A stretch of 64,000 nt of DNA. Origin: Escherichia phage KIT01. Below are positions 63,980 through 64,000 of the stretch, piece after piece; position 1 is the first letter of the stretch, and each line of letters begins with the position of its first letter. The DNA is taken from the sequence record AP019521.1, one strand, 5' to 3'. The translations under genes were made by a program, and so were the position numbers. The notes below the pieces were generated by a model, which worked only from the letters and a program-made list of their open reading frames with translations, searched no databases and was not told the origin of the DNA.

Positions 63980-64000
63980 ATGTTCTCCTCATGTTTGTGT

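Noticed and set aside
60473-64000. tRNA cluster expected downstream of lysozyme by analogy with T4
   Set aside because: No non-coding gap of tRNA size exists here; the interval is filled by nudE and further ORFs. I could not identify cloverleaf-capable segments by eye; a tRNAscan run would be decisive.
1-64000. CRISPR arrays or long direct repeats
   Set aside because: No regularly spaced identical repeats seen; the only recurrent elements are the roughly 45-bp early promoter cassettes and the duplicated zinc-finger coding module in the HNH gene.

Overview
This window is a T4-like (Tevenvirinae-type) myophage early/middle region, collinear with the T4 map from rIIA through gene 39, dexA, dda, modA/modB, soc, 56, 61, 41, uvsX, 42, 43, regA, 62/44/45, 46/47, 55, 49, nrdC, rI, tk, regB, denV, e and nudE. 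About 125 genes are packed almost entirely on the minus strand; the two plus-strand exceptions are a free-standing HNH endonuclease and a small membrane ORF. Protein identities were assigned by reading the supplied translations against T4 sequences and motifs recalled from memory; no database search was run. The main novelty candidate is at 21290-25440: dCMP hydroxymethylase (gene 42) is present, but neither alpha- nor beta-glucosyltransferase is. The beta-gt slot holds an unrecognised 297-aa protein, and gene 42 is followed by a P-loop kinase, a small HAD phosphatase and a 557-aa RmlA-like nucleotidyltransferase fused to an APH/choline-kinase-like kinase. I read this as a candidate sugar-activation and transfer module for a non-glucose hypermodification of hydroxymethylcytosine; this is inference from motifs and gene order. 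Other points of interest are repeated early-promoter/stem-loop cassettes with compensatory inverted repeats over the ribosome-binding site, four internal-protein-like genes sharing the MKTYQEFI(A/T)E capsid-targeting leader, a macrodomain protein, an AAA+ ATPase / Pol-beta-type nucleotidyltransferase pair, and a GIY-YIG endonuclease. No tRNA, rRNA or CRISPR features were recognised.
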